A DNA stretch of 57,546 nt. Origin: Octopus sinensis (Eukaryota). The translations under genes and the position numbers were made by a program. The notes under the pieces are model-generated. The model ran no database searches. It saw only the letters and a list, made by a program, of their open reading frames with translations, and was not told the DNA's origin. Each line of letters starts with the position of its first letter. Within the stretch, counting starts at the first letter, position 1. Of the stretch, positions 37,320 to 49,212 are shown one piece after another. The stretch covers positions 1 through 57,546 of the forward strand of contig NW_021833605.1 in NCBI RefSeq assembly GCF_006345805.1. The letters are read 5' to 3'.

Positions 37320-38250
37320 TAACATTCAGAGTTCAAATCCTGCATGGTCAAGCTTGCCTTTCATCCTTTTGAGGAGTGATAAAATAAAGTACCGATCAAG
37401 TACTGTGTGTGTGTGTGTAGGGGGTCGATGTTATTGACTAATTCCTTCTTACAAATATTAGGTCTTGAGCCTCAATTAGAAACAATTATTATAATTATTA
37501 TCATTATTATTATTATTATTATTGCCTTTGCACAGCTTCTAACACTGGAGATGTACTATGGTGTCAGCCGTTCACTACCAGTGAACTAAGGTAACACCTC
37601 CTATTTTTCGAGCACCTTCCAGAGTATTCGAGTGGTTCCAAGCAGTGCTGTTTTCTGAAAGTGCTCCACCCTTATTGCAGCCCCTATTTTTTCCATGTAT
37701 TTCTCGAGATTTTTGCTCACTGTTCACAGGGCTCTGACAATTATTGGTACTACTGCTACCTTTTTCATCAACTACAATCATCGTCATCATCATCATTATT
37801 ATTATTATTATTATTATTATATTATTATTATTATTATTATTAAGGTGGTGAACTGGCAGAATTATAAACATGCTTGGCAAAATGCTTTGCATTCTGAGTT
37901 CAAATGCCGTTGGGGTTGACTTTGTCTTTCCACTTTTCAGGGTCAATAAATTGAGTACCAGTGAAACACTGGAGTCAGTGTAATCAGACTAGTCCCCTCG
38001 CACAAAATTTCAGGCCTTGTGCCTTTATTATTATCATAATTAAGGCAGCAAGCTGGCAGAATCATTAGCAAGCTGGGCAAATTGCTGAGCGGCATTTCAC
38101 CCACCTTAACAGTCTTGAGTTCAAATTCCGCTAGGGTCAACTTTGCTTTCTATCCTTTCAAGGTTAATAAATTAAGTACCAGAAAATTGACTAGACCCCT
38201 TCCCACAAATTTCAGACCTTGTGCCTTCATTAGAAAAGGTTATTATTACC
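37320..38250 (+). mobile_element. Three SINE F2 copies/fragments (37320-37490, 37843-38040, 38042-38250) among (ATT)n tracts
   Basis: Same F2 motifs as the 30822-31990 cluster. Confidence 0.8.
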
Positions 38251-38584
38251 TTATCAAAGGCAGAGGTTTGTAGATTAGGGGACACAATCAGGAGAGGGCA
38301 CTTGCCCTTGATTGTTAAGAATCATCATTTATTTAGTTACATCTTTTGCTTGTCTTCTGAATTATTATGGACTTGTTTTCTTCTTTCCATCCCTTTTAGA
38401 TTGGTAAAAATAAGTATTTGGCCCAACACTCGAATGGAGCTCAGCCACTTTAGCTTCATGAGGCTCAACGCTTAAAAATAACAATATTATTAAATTTACA
38501 ACAGCTCAGCTAGAAAGGATGTTACCCAGGCAACTAGGGCAAAACCCCTGCATCCGCACTTGGTGGTTAGTGTATTTAAGTGAA

Positions 38585-39232
38585 GGCCCATGGATTGGTG
38601 GTTAGGCTACTTGGCTCACAATCGTAAGGTCATGAGTTCAATTTCCTGCTGCATGTTGTGTCCTTGAGCAAGACACTTTACTTCACATTGCTCCAGTCCA
38701 CTCAGCTGGTAAAAATGAGAAGTACCTGTATTTCAAAGGGGCCAGCCATCTCACACTGTGTATCATGCTGAATCTCCCTGAGAACTACATTTCGATCAAC
38801 ATCAATGGAAATTGCAGCTGCGATACCAGTGCCGGTGGTACATAAGAGAACCGTCCGAACGTGGCCATTGCCAGCACTGCCCCGAGTGGCCTCGTGCTGG
38901 TGGCATGTAAAAAGCACCATCCGATCGTGGCCATTTGCCAGCCTCATCTGGCACCTGTGCAGGTGGCACGTAAAGAGCAGCCACTACACTCACGGAGTGG
39001 TTGGCGTTAGGAAGGGCATCCAGCTGTAGAAACACTGCCAGATCAGACTGGGCCTGGCGCAGCCTACTGGCTCCCCAGACCCCAGTTGAACCGTCCAACC
39101 CATGCTAGCATGGAAAGCAGACACTAAACGAAGATGATGATGATGATGTCTGTGGAATCCTCAGCGACTTGCATGTTAATTTCATGGTCGGATGAACTGG
39201 ATCCCTCTCATCATAACCGATAGAGTGCCAGT
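38585..39232 (+). mobile_element. CORE-type SINE family F4, split by an F3 insertion
   Basis: tRNA-like head, tgtgtccttgagcaagacacttta..ctccagtccactcagctg; body stops at 38790 and resumes at 39148. Confidence 0.8.
38791..39147 (+). mobile_element. RTE-type 3' tail repeat F3 nested in the F4 SINE
   Basis: Colinear with 3746-4130; ends in (gat)n. Confidence 0.85.
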
Positions 39233-39949
39233 GTATTTGCAGACAATCCAGTTGAGATGTTTAATTATCAAAACTAGCATCCATTTCTTTGCAGAGTGTA
39301 GAGTATAGTTTCGATCTATGACCACCCGGCCTACAGTGCCAGAATACTTCCACTGCAACACTCTACTCAACAAGTGATTAACCAAATATACAGTGGAATC
39401 AGTTGTTAGTTGTCGGAGCACTGCATCCTTCAAAACTTCCATGCTTTCTGAGATTCGCCAACACTACACCTGATTTTCTCCCCTCCATACACACACAAGC
39501 ATGTATCTGACTCATACATTGTTCGCTTTCCAGACGTTTGTACATTACTGCATATACTTTATACGCACTTTCTGACAAGTTGTGGTGCACCTGAGCACTG
39601 TATACAATAATTTCATTATTATTATTATTATCTATTATGAATATAATTCATTCCTCAAGGCTGTTTGTCACCCAGAATGTTCATAAACCGAAACTACTTT
39701 CCCCATAGCGAATTCAAGAGAAGGTAAGATGAATCCGAGCAAGGATTTGTGCTGAGCAAAACTTGGACAGCAACTGTCCATATGACCATCCATCATATGT
39801 TATTTATGTATTTATTTATATATATATTTATTTATTTATTTCTCTGCATTGGACTGTGCCAAATGTATGAAATATACTTAAATCCTTAAATCCTTAAAAA
39901 TGTTTTAGCCCGAGGGCCACGGCCATGCTGGGGCACCACCGTTGAATGA

Positions 39950-40235
39950 GCTACTCTAATATGTGAATCCACCTCTGATACGTGGCACTTGGTCAACTAG
40001 GGAGTTCGATGCTGCTGCCCGCATCTGTGTCTTCTGTCGTGAGGTAGGTTCATCTGGGACCCCCGACAAGAAGAGATCCAGTTTAGTTTTAAAGAGACCC
40101 ACATCCACACCATGCAAGTCTCTCAGGCATTTAGGGAGGATGTTAAAGAGCTGTGGTCCTCTGAAACCCAAGCTGTTGCAGTATCTGGTCCTGTATACTA
40201 ACTACACAATACATGCTGCAGCACTGGGATTTTAA
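39950..40235 (-). mobile_element. CR1-type LINE ORF2 C-terminal end
   Basis: YRTRYCNSLGFRGPQLFNILPKCLRDLHGVDVGLFKTKLDLFLSGVPDEP: typical FN.LP/FK..LD C-terminus. Confidence 0.8.
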
Positions 40236-40483
40236 TTTCCTTACTGAAAGACAACATTTGATTCTGCTGATACTCTGAGAGTCACATTTGAAACACCACA
40301 TCCATAGATCTATGCACTGCAAATTGTTTTTCTCTGGGTGTCTTTCCATTTGCCATTTTCTGATCAGCCAGATGCAAATCAATTCTGTAAATGTTTCCCC
40401 CAGCACCGCATAGCAAGCGAGCTTGCTTGTAGATTAACAGATAGAACAGTGTAAAGAGCTCTTATATCTATATTGTGCAATAG

Positions 40484-40555
40484 ATATGGATTATGGGTAT
40501 CGGAACCGTGAGATTTGGATTCAGTAACTGGATTAAACATCGAGGATCTATGTGT
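40484..40555 (+). CDS. Candidate internal exon (72 nt, phase 0-0): IWIMGIGTVRFGFSNWIKHRGSMC
   Basis: T-rich acceptor ..ttgtgcaatag|, donor |GTAAGT; only frame 0 is open, matching the phase-0 end of exon 1; three CpGs in CpG-poor surroundings. Confidence 0.6.
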
Positions 40556-40859
40556 GTAAGTTTTATTCGCATATGCGCAAACACATGCACACACAGACAT
40601 ACATGCATACACACATACATGCATGCATATATACATACATACATATGTATATGCACACACGCATCAATACACACACACCACACATATGTATGTACATATA
40701 CATTCACACATAAAGATACACATACATACACACACATGCACATACATACCTACATAGTACCTACATACATGCATAAAACATATTCACCAGTCATTTCATC
40801 ATGTTGAACCGTTAATCTCCATACATATTTTTTTCTCTCTTTTATTTTTTCTTTCTCTC

Positions 40860-41005
40860 TCCATTTTTTTCTCTTGACGCCTTTCTGATGAAGAACATAG
40901 GCTCAAAACATCAAAACCTTTTCCATTCTTCCTGAGTCAAACTAATACACCTGTTTGTTGTTCCTTCACCTGTCTTTGTCTTTTGTTTTCTGTATATTTG
41001 AATTA
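40860..41005 (+). mobile_element. Decayed copy of the pLTR-like repeat at 2720-2935
   Basis: cttt-CTGATGA-A-GAAC-atag-GCTC-AAAA-CATC-aaaa plus homologous 3' flank ctaatacacctgtttgtt..cacctgtc. Confidence 0.6.
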
Positions 41006-41059
41006 TATATATATATATAGTTCAAATTGTGTATATATATATATATATATACATACACA

Positions 41060-41356
41060 CAGTAGAACCTCACAGTATGAGTGCCCTATTGTACGAGTAA
41101 TTTGCTGTATGAGCCAAGGCTCGAGCAAATTGTTGTCTTGAAGTACGAGTGGAAATCCGCAGTATGAGCATTCTCTTTTTAAAAATTGTCATTTTACTTG
41201 TATCTACACCTTTTTGTTTTAAAATCCATAAAAAATTATTTTGGGGTCGTTATATTTTAATTAATTTCAATAGGGAAAATTGAGTTGTAAAATGAGTAAA
41301 TTGTAAGATGAGTTCAGTCATGGAATAAATTCAACTCATACTGTGAGGTATTGTTG
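41060..41356. mobile_element. pogo/Tigger-like MITE (~297 bp)
   Basis: Terminal inverted repeats with a perfect 16-bp core acctcacagtatgagt; cagtag.. start, TA on the right flank. Confidence 0.75.
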
Positions 41357-41446
41357 TATATGTATATAGATATATCTATATCTATATCTTCCATCTTTCA
41401 ATTGTTGTATATATATATATATATATATATATACGCACACACACAC

Positions 41447-41483
<37 letters not shown>

Positions 41484-41718
41484 GTTAGGAAGGGCATCCT
41501 TGGCGTTAGGAAGGGCATCCTTGGCGTTAGGAAGGGCATCCTTGGCGTTAGGAAGGGCATCCTTGGCGTTAGGAAGGGCATCCAGCTGTAGAAACATGCC
41601 AGATCAGACTGGAGCCTGGTGCAGCCTCCTGGCTTCCCAGACCCCGGTTGAACCGTCCAACCAGTGCTACCGCGGAAAACTGATGTTAAACGCTGATGAT
41701 GATGATGATGATTATGAT
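41484..41718 (+). mobile_element. F3 RTE-type tail with a 21-bp unit multimerised at its 5' junction
   Basis: ttggcgttaggaagggcatcc x4 perfect (41500-41583) plus one partial, then the normal F3 end. Confidence 0.9.
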
Positions 41719-42220
41719 AATGATATAGATACAGATATGTATGTGAAGGCTCATGCATGGTCATAAGGACAGGGTTTCAGTTTCTGAATAAGGCAGTGTG
41801 TTGCATCCTTGAACAAAACACCCCATTTCACATTGGTCCATTTCACTCAGCTGTGACAGACTGTCTTACTGTTAAAAATGCTGGTTCAGGGGTAACATTG
41901 TGATCTGGGTCACTTATATTCCTGGGAAGCTGGTAACTGGTTTTTTAAGGCCTAGGGCTAAAGACAGTGCTTAATCATGCATGTGGATCTGATGAGTTAA
42001 CCTTCTTCATTTGCATTAATTTATGAATATTTAATTGTGTAATACTGAACATCCGTACTAATGCAAACATGTATGCATCATTTCTTCCAAATTAAAATTA
42101 ACACTACATGACGAAAGCTACGAAACGGCTGTAATCCTATCTTATGGAAGTCATGTGGTTAAATAAATATATATTTACCTCTTACACCTCTTGACTTTGT
42201 AGTCTATCTGTTTGTCTCTT

Positions 42221-42303
<83 letters not shown>

Positions 42304-42400
42304 GATGATGATATCTATATATATATATATGGTGCACCAGCATGGCCATAGCCTTAGGGTTGAAACGTGTAAATGAATAAGAGAATAAAAGTATATATAG

Positions 42401-42433
<33 letters not shown>

Positions 42434-42458
42434 TGTGTGTCTGTAACCTGTTTAGTAG

Positions 42459-42496
42459 ATATATAACCGGGTAATTGAGCTGTTTCTCTATAGATG
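42459..42496 (+). CDS. Candidate internal exon (38 nt, phase 0-2): IYNRVIELFLYR(W/C)
   Basis: (TG)n-ctgtaac-ctgtttagtag| acceptor (tandem AG), donor TG|GTAAGA; open in frame 0, compatible with the 40484 exon. Confidence 0.4.
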
Positions 42497-42887
42497 GTAA
42501 GAATTGATAACAACTTAATTGATTTTCAAATCTTATTGAATTCTCATCAGAGGTGTCTCTATCAATTTGACCAATCCTCTACGCACACACACACACAATC
42601 AGAGAGGCACACACACATGCACACACACACACACAAGCACACACACATGTACATTTATAACCATTTAAAAGAAAAGAAAATGGAGATAAGGAAATTAATA
42701 ATTGTTTATTATCTTACCTCCATTTTATTTTTCTTCTTTTAAATGGATATAAACTATGCTTTATTGTTTTAAGGGAATTTCATTCCCCAATAATACTAGG
42801 TATTGAACCCAGTATTTCCTTAGAAGAAACTATCCCTTCATCATGAGGTTAACATATTCTCTAATCAAATTTATATATATAGGTTAA

Positions 42888-43293
42888 GGAGTGGCTGTGT
42901 AGGTAAGAAACTTGCTTCCCAACCACATGGTTTCAGGTTCAGTCCCACTGTGTGGCACCTTATGCAAGTGTCTTCTACTATAGCCTCGAGCCAACCAAAA
43001 CCTTGTGAGTGGTTTTGGTTGATGGGAACGGAAAGAAGCCTGTCGTATATATATTTATGTGTGTGTGTGTGTGAATATGTTTGTGTGTCTGTGTTTGTCC
43101 CCCGAACATCGCTTGGCAACCAATGCTGGTGTGTTTGCATCCCTGTAACTTAACGGTTCGGCAAAAGAGACCGGTAGAGTAAGTACTAGGCTTACAAAGA
43201 ATAAGTCCTGGGGTCGATTTGCTCGACTAAAGGTGGTGCTCCAGCATGGTCACAGTCAAATGACTGAAACAAGTAAAAGAGTAAACGAGAGTA
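42888..43293 (+). mobile_element. SINE F1, full length
   Basis: tggctgtgtaggtaag (A-box-like), ggttcagtccc (B-box-like), internal (TA)(TG) tract, aagtaaaagagt tail. Confidence 0.88.
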
Positions 43294-43498
43294 TATGTAA
43301 ATATATATGTGATATAACACATTACAGACACATACACTCACACTCACACACGTGTGTATATATATATATATGTATGTATGTATAAATCGTTCAATGTGTC
43401 ATTCATTTTTCATAGATGGAACATTAAAATGGAAAGTGTCATAGATATTCCTGCTGCCACCTTCAAAATATTATTGACATCACTGAGATGAAAAATGG

Positions 43499-43539
<41 letters not shown>

Positions 43540-43635
43540 TTGCAACATACACACACATATATGCATATATATATACATATATATATGTGTGTGTGTGTAT
43601 GTATATATATGTCTGTGTGTGTGTATGTATATATG

Positions 43636-43668
<33 letters not shown>

Positions 43669-43695
43669 GTATGTATGCATATGTATGTATATCTA

Positions 43696-43728
<33 letters not shown>

Positions 43729-43774
43729 GCATGTGTATGTATATATATATATATAGAGAGAGAGAGATAGATAT

Positions 43775-43831
<57 letters not shown>

Positions 43832-43832
<1 letters not shown>

Positions 43833-44690
43833 CATTGTACTGTGAATATATTGTCTAAATTATGCAAAAATGAAAATAACGTTGACATCTTATTTTAAGA
43901 GATATATTTACAAAAATGACATTAAAATATATTGAAATACTAAAGAGTAAATTTATTGAACTGCAGCCTCCAGGTGACTTCAGAATCTTCCACAATTCTT
44001 CTGGACCATCTTGTTTAACCCTTTAGTGTTCGCATTATTCTGCCAAAACTAATCCTTTTTTATCCACATTGTTTTAAACTAATCACGCATTATCTTGTAG
44101 CTATGAGATTTTGATGAGGTAGCTGTTAATTTTTAAAACGATATTGTAGGGTTGGTGTGAGAGACCAGATCTGGCCAGTTTGAACATAAAACAGGCAGAA
44201 TACTTTTGGCCAGATATGGCCGGTTTAAATGCTAAAGGGTTAAGTTGATGAATGCTGCCATAATCTTTGCCTTCAGTTCATCTTTGCTGTTACAAGGGAG
44301 TTTTGTTGATCCCTCGTTCAACTGCACCTCATACATAATAATCAAGGGAGGTTGCTGTGTGGAGAGTTAGGTGGCCAGATGTTAGGGGTGATGTGATCAC
44401 AGAAATTGTTTGACAGCCATGACTGGGTTCTCCTGCTTGTGTGGCATGGTGCAGAGTCCTGTTGCCAGACATAGGGTCTTCGAGCAGCACTACCTCCTCC
44501 AGGCACTCGATGTAGGCCTCTGTGTTGAGTCTGAGGTCATGTGGAAAGATGAATAGGGGCATAACGTCACCATCACTAGTGAACACTCCGAAAACCCTAT
44601 GATGTTGACTGGATGTTTGATTTTTTATCACTCTCAGTACATGTTTTGGGGACATGGCAAGCCAACAATATCTGTACATTCTTGCAAATG
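43832..44690 (-). mobile_element. maT/DD37D transposase remnant with 3' end, interrupted by a piggyBac MITE
   Basis: VFGVFTSDGDVMPLFIFPHDLRLNTEAYIECLEEVVL / YVWQQDSAPCHTSRRTQSWL..IWPPNSP / ..AAFINL|TTAA insertion|NK..GRF*SHLEAAV. Confidence 0.88.
44019..44239. mobile_element. piggyBac-type MITE (221 bp), second copy
   Basis: TTAA on both sides; CCCTTTAG termini; 10 bp longer than the 32332 copy. Confidence 0.9.
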
Positions 44691-44703
44691 TGTAGCTCTT
44701 TCT

Positions 44704-44900
44704 CTTTCTTTTTTCCTTGTTTCAGTCATTTGACTGCGGCCATGCTGGAGCACTGCCTTTAGTCGAGCAAATCGACCCCGGGACTTATTCTTTGTAAGCC
44801 CAGTACTTATTCTATTGGTCTCTTTTGCCGAGCCGCTAGATGACGGGGATGTAAACACACCAGCATCGGTTGTCAAGCAATGCTAGGGGGATAAACATAT

Positions 44901-44948
<48 letters not shown>

Positions 44949-45101
44949 GACAGGCTTCTTTCAGTTTCCGTCTACCAAATCCACTCACAAGGCATTGGTC
45001 GGCCCGAGGCTATAGCAGAAGACACTTGCCCAAGATGCCACGCAGTGGGACTGAACCCGAAACCATGTGGTTGGTACTTACCACACAGCCACTCCTGTGC
45101 C
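44704..45101 (-). mobile_element. SINE F1, near full length
   Basis: Colinear with 33213-33627. Confidence 0.88.
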
Positions 45102-45239
45102 TATGTATGTATGTATGTATGTATGTATGTGTTTGTAATTTAGAGTTTACACATGTATGTATGTGTCTGTCTTCGTATGAGAATAGCTATATCGACATGT
45201 ATGTGTGAGGGTCCAGCAGTGTTTTTATAGGTGTGAGAA

Positions 45240-45615
45240 TGGCTGTGTGGTAAGAGGTTTACTTCCCAATCACATTGTTCCAAGTTCAGTCCCACTGCTT
45301 GGCACCTTGGTCAAGAATCTTCTGTTACAGCCTCAGGCTGACCAAAGTCTTTTGAGTGCATTTGGCAGGCTGAAAGAAGCCCATCATGTGTGTGTGTGTG
45401 TGTGTGTGTGTGTGAGTGTTTGTCCCTGACCACCACTTCAAAACTGGTGTTGGTGTGTTTATGTCCCCATAAGTTCAGCAAAAGAGACTGATGTAATAAC
45501 TACCTGGCTTTAAAAAAATATATATTTACTAGGGTTGATGTGTTGAGCTAAAATCCTTCAAGGTGATGCTGTAGCATGGCCATAGTCTAATGACTGAAAC
45601 AAATAAAATAAAAAA
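45240..45615 (+). mobile_element. SINE F1, older diverged copy
   Basis: Same layout, CpG-decayed. Confidence 0.8.
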
Positions 45616-45619
45616 TAAA

Positions 45620-47110
45620 ACATACATTATAAATATGGGTGTGTAAGTATCTGTATAAGCTTATATGTGTGTGTGTGTGAGAGTCCTTGTAACTGTGTGT
45701 TTGTATACACATGGGCAGTTGTGATAAAGCAAGGCTGTATCTGTGTGTATGTGTGTATGTGTGCACGTAGCTCTTGGTTTGTGCATTTATACATACATGT
45801 ATGTGTATGTATGCAGATGTATTTGTATCAGCATGCATGTGTCCATGAAAATGCATGTCTGAGCATGTGTGTGTGGGTATACTTGTCAAAGTGTGAATGT
45901 TTGCATGTGTGTATATGTATGTCTGTATAAACATATAAAATTGAAGGTGTGAATGTGTGTGTCTATAATTGTAAGTGTGTGGAGGTGTGAATTTATATAA
46001 GTATATATAAATGCATACATGTATGTGTGTGTGTGTATCTTTGAGTGTGTACTTGTAAATGTGGGGGCGTGTATATTCATATAAGTATATATGTGTGTAT
46101 ATATATATGTTTGTGTTTGTGTATGTATGCGTACATGTGTATATATGTATGTATGTATGTATGTATGTGTACACATGTGTATGCTTGTCAGTATATGTGG
46201 GTGGGTGTTTTTGTGTATGTGTGGGTGCATGCACATGTAAACTTGATTATGTATATGTGTGCGTGTATATTTGTTAATGTGTAGGTGTGTGTGTTAGTGT
46301 GTGAGAGAGTGTGTGTGTGTGTGTGTGTGTATAGTTGTAAATGTGTGCATGCACATATATGTATTAATATGTTTGTATATATGTGTGTGTGTGTATATAT
46401 ATATGTTTGTGTTTGTGTATGTATGCGTACATGTGTATATATGTATGTATGTATGTGTACACATGTGTATGCTTGTCAGTATATGTGGGTGGGTGTTTTT
46501 GTGTATGTGTGGGTGCATGCACATGTAAACTTGATTATGTATATGTGTGCGTGTATATTTGTTAATGTGTAGGTGTGTGTGTTAGTGTGTGAGAGAGTGT
46601 GTGTGTGTGTGTATAGTTGTAAATGTGTGCATGCACATATATGTATTAATATGTTTGTATATATGTGTGTATGTATGTCAACATGTATGTGTGTGTGTAT
46701 GTGTATGTATATGTGTGTGTATTGTGTATGCTTTTAAGAATGGGTGGGGTGTACTCACTTAAGTATATATATGTGTGTGAGTATGTATGCATGTGTGTAT
46801 AGGTTTCTATATGTCTGCATGTGTATACATGTGTATACATGTAAATGCATGGGTGTATGTATTCATATAAGCATATTCGTATGTGCATACGTGTTGTGTG
46901 TACTTTTAAATATGAGGGCGTAGACACTTGAGTATATATTTATGTATGAATGTGTATCTGTGTGTGTGTGTATACTAGTAAGTGCATGGCTGTCTGCATT
47001 CATATAAGTATATAGGTGTGTGTGCATGTATGTGTGTATGTGTGTGTGGTGTGTGTGTGTGTGGTGTGTGTGTGCGTGTGTGTGTGTGTGTGTGTGGTAT
47101 GTGGTGTCTA
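45620..47110. repeat. (TG)/(TATG) cryptically simple block containing a 288-bp tandem duplication (~46085-46670)
   Basis: atgcttgtcag at 46181 and 46469; flanking text repeats. Confidence 0.9.
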
Positions 47111-47299
47111 TAAGTAATATATTTATAGAGCAAAACCAGCAACTGGAGGGTTTCACTAAAATATCTGGAATCACAAACAACATGGAAACGTCTCCCATTT
47201 AAGGCTTCCAGCTTCCTGCCAACCTCCTCACAACAACACTGCACATGCTGTTAGCATCCTCTAGACACTCATTTCAACTTTTCTTTCCTAAAAACACAC

Positions 47300-47302
47300 A
47301 CT

Positions 47303-47349
<47 letters not shown>

Positions 47350-47506
47350 GCACTCACACATATACACACACAGACACACACCCATTATAAACATTTAGTC
47401 ATATGCCTCTCATCTCCATCATATCACCGACCATCCGGCCTCTTTTTCCATCTCCTGCTCTGTTTATCTGTCGCTCTCTCTCTCTCTGCTTCCATCTCTT
47501 TTCTTC

Positions 47507-47555
<49 letters not shown>

Positions 47556-47740
47556 ATCTATATATCTATCTATCTATCTATCTATCTATCTGTCTATCTA
47601 TCTATCTGTCTGTCTATCTATCTCTCTATCTATCTGTCTATCTATCTATCTATCTATCTCTTTATCTCTCTGATAATATGTTTATGTATCTCTATCTGTT
47701 TAACTACCTATCTGTCTATCTAACAACATCCATCTATTCA

Positions 47741-47820
<80 letters not shown>

Positions 47821-48004
47821 AATAATATATATATATAATACATATATATATATGTATATATAAAGGGTATATATATATATATACATATCAATCTATTTAT
47901 ATTTATTTATCTATTTGTCTGCCTGTCTATCTGTCTGTCCCTCTCTGCTTCCAGCTTTGTTTTCCATTATCTATCTGACTGGCTGTCTATCTATCTATCA
48001 GTCA

Positions 48005-48076
<72 letters not shown>

Positions 48077-48660
48077 GTGTGCATATCTGTCTTTCTGTCT
48101 GTCTGTCTGTCTGAGGTTTCACCTTTGACCCCTGCCTACTTTTGCCTCAGCAACACACCATTCCTTGCTCAGTTCTGCAGTCATTCAAAACATCCCCTTC
48201 TCAATCTAGCCATGTCCAGCCAGCCAACTGGGGGTTGGGTCGCTGGACTTATTACCATCCTTTACCCAACCCAAACCCACTTCCGCCTCCACCTCCTCCT
48301 CTTCTTCTTCTTACTCCTCTGCCATTTCAAACTCCTACCTCTACCTCTGCCATATGCCACCATCACAAAAAAAAAAAAAAAACTACCACCACCACCACCA
48401 CACAATCTCCACCAACATCACCACCATCACAATCACTACTGTCACCAGTACCAGCATCACTACAATCATCACCATCACCATCATCATCACTATTGCCACC
48501 ATCAACACCACCATTGCCACTGCTGCCCCCACTGCCACCACCACACCACCACCACCACCACCACCACCGTCACCACCAACATACCATCACCACCACTGCT
48601 ACCGTCCCATCTTGCCGGGTGGGTGTCAGGCACCATTCATTTCACCAACATGACCATCAC
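47300..48660. repeat. CA/TATC/TA/CAC microsatellite mosaic
   Basis: Directly visible. Confidence 0.9.
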
Positions 48661-48840
48661 ATCACAGAATCCATCCATCATACTTCAGCTCCATGCCGTA
48701 CAATATTAATTCACACCTCCCTCCACCCCGTTTCTACTTGTATATATGAAAAAAGAAAAAAAACAACAAAAGCAAATCATAATCCCTCACTCAGTCAAAC
48801 AGATTCGTCATTAATTTCAATGGAGAATATTTAATTTAAG

Positions 48841-48894
48841 GAGTATTCCAATATATCGAGCAACGGGACAGATGGCTGAGTATACTGCAGACAT
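48841..48894 (+). CDS. Weak candidate exon (54 nt, phase 2-2): (W)SIPIYRATGQMAEYTAD
   Basis: atttaatttaag| acceptor, |GTGAAT donor; first G would complete TG|G (Trp) from the 42459 exon; two CpGs. Could be chance. Confidence 0.25.
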
Positions 48895-49007
48895 GTGAAT
48901 ATAATCAGTATGCGATGGTGGAAAGAATGTGTATGTCAGCGTGTGATGGCTTATGTGTGTGTGTGTGTGTAAGTATGTGTGTGTGTGTGTGTGTGTTTGT
49001 GCACACA

Positions 49008-49181
49008 TGGCCATGTGGTAAGAAAATTGCTTCCCAACTACATGGTTCCAAGTTCAGTTCCACTGCATGGCACCTTGGGCAAGTCTCTTCTACTGTGGCT
49101 CACGCCAACCAAAGCCTTGTGAGTGGATTTGGTAGACTGGTAGACAGAAACTGAAAGAAGACTGTCATGTATATATATGTG

Positions 49182-49212
<31 letters not shown>

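Noticed and set aside
33035-39723. Extra candidate exons 33035-33062, 36804-36843 and 39660-39723 (AG..GTAAG-bounded)
   Set aside because: They have plausible splice signals, but I found no chain that keeps the frame from exon 1 through to the 40484 exon; cannot be excluded without RNA data.
43416-43490. Exon after 42496 creating TG|A, tempting as selenocysteine, followed by WNIKMESVIDIPAATF
   Set aside because: No donor, a second TGA follows, and no SECIS evidence; simpler as a non-exon.
43899-43975. Protein-looking + frame DIFTKMTLKYIEILKSKFIELQPPG
   Set aside because: It is the antisense of the maT element 3' end and transposase C-terminus.
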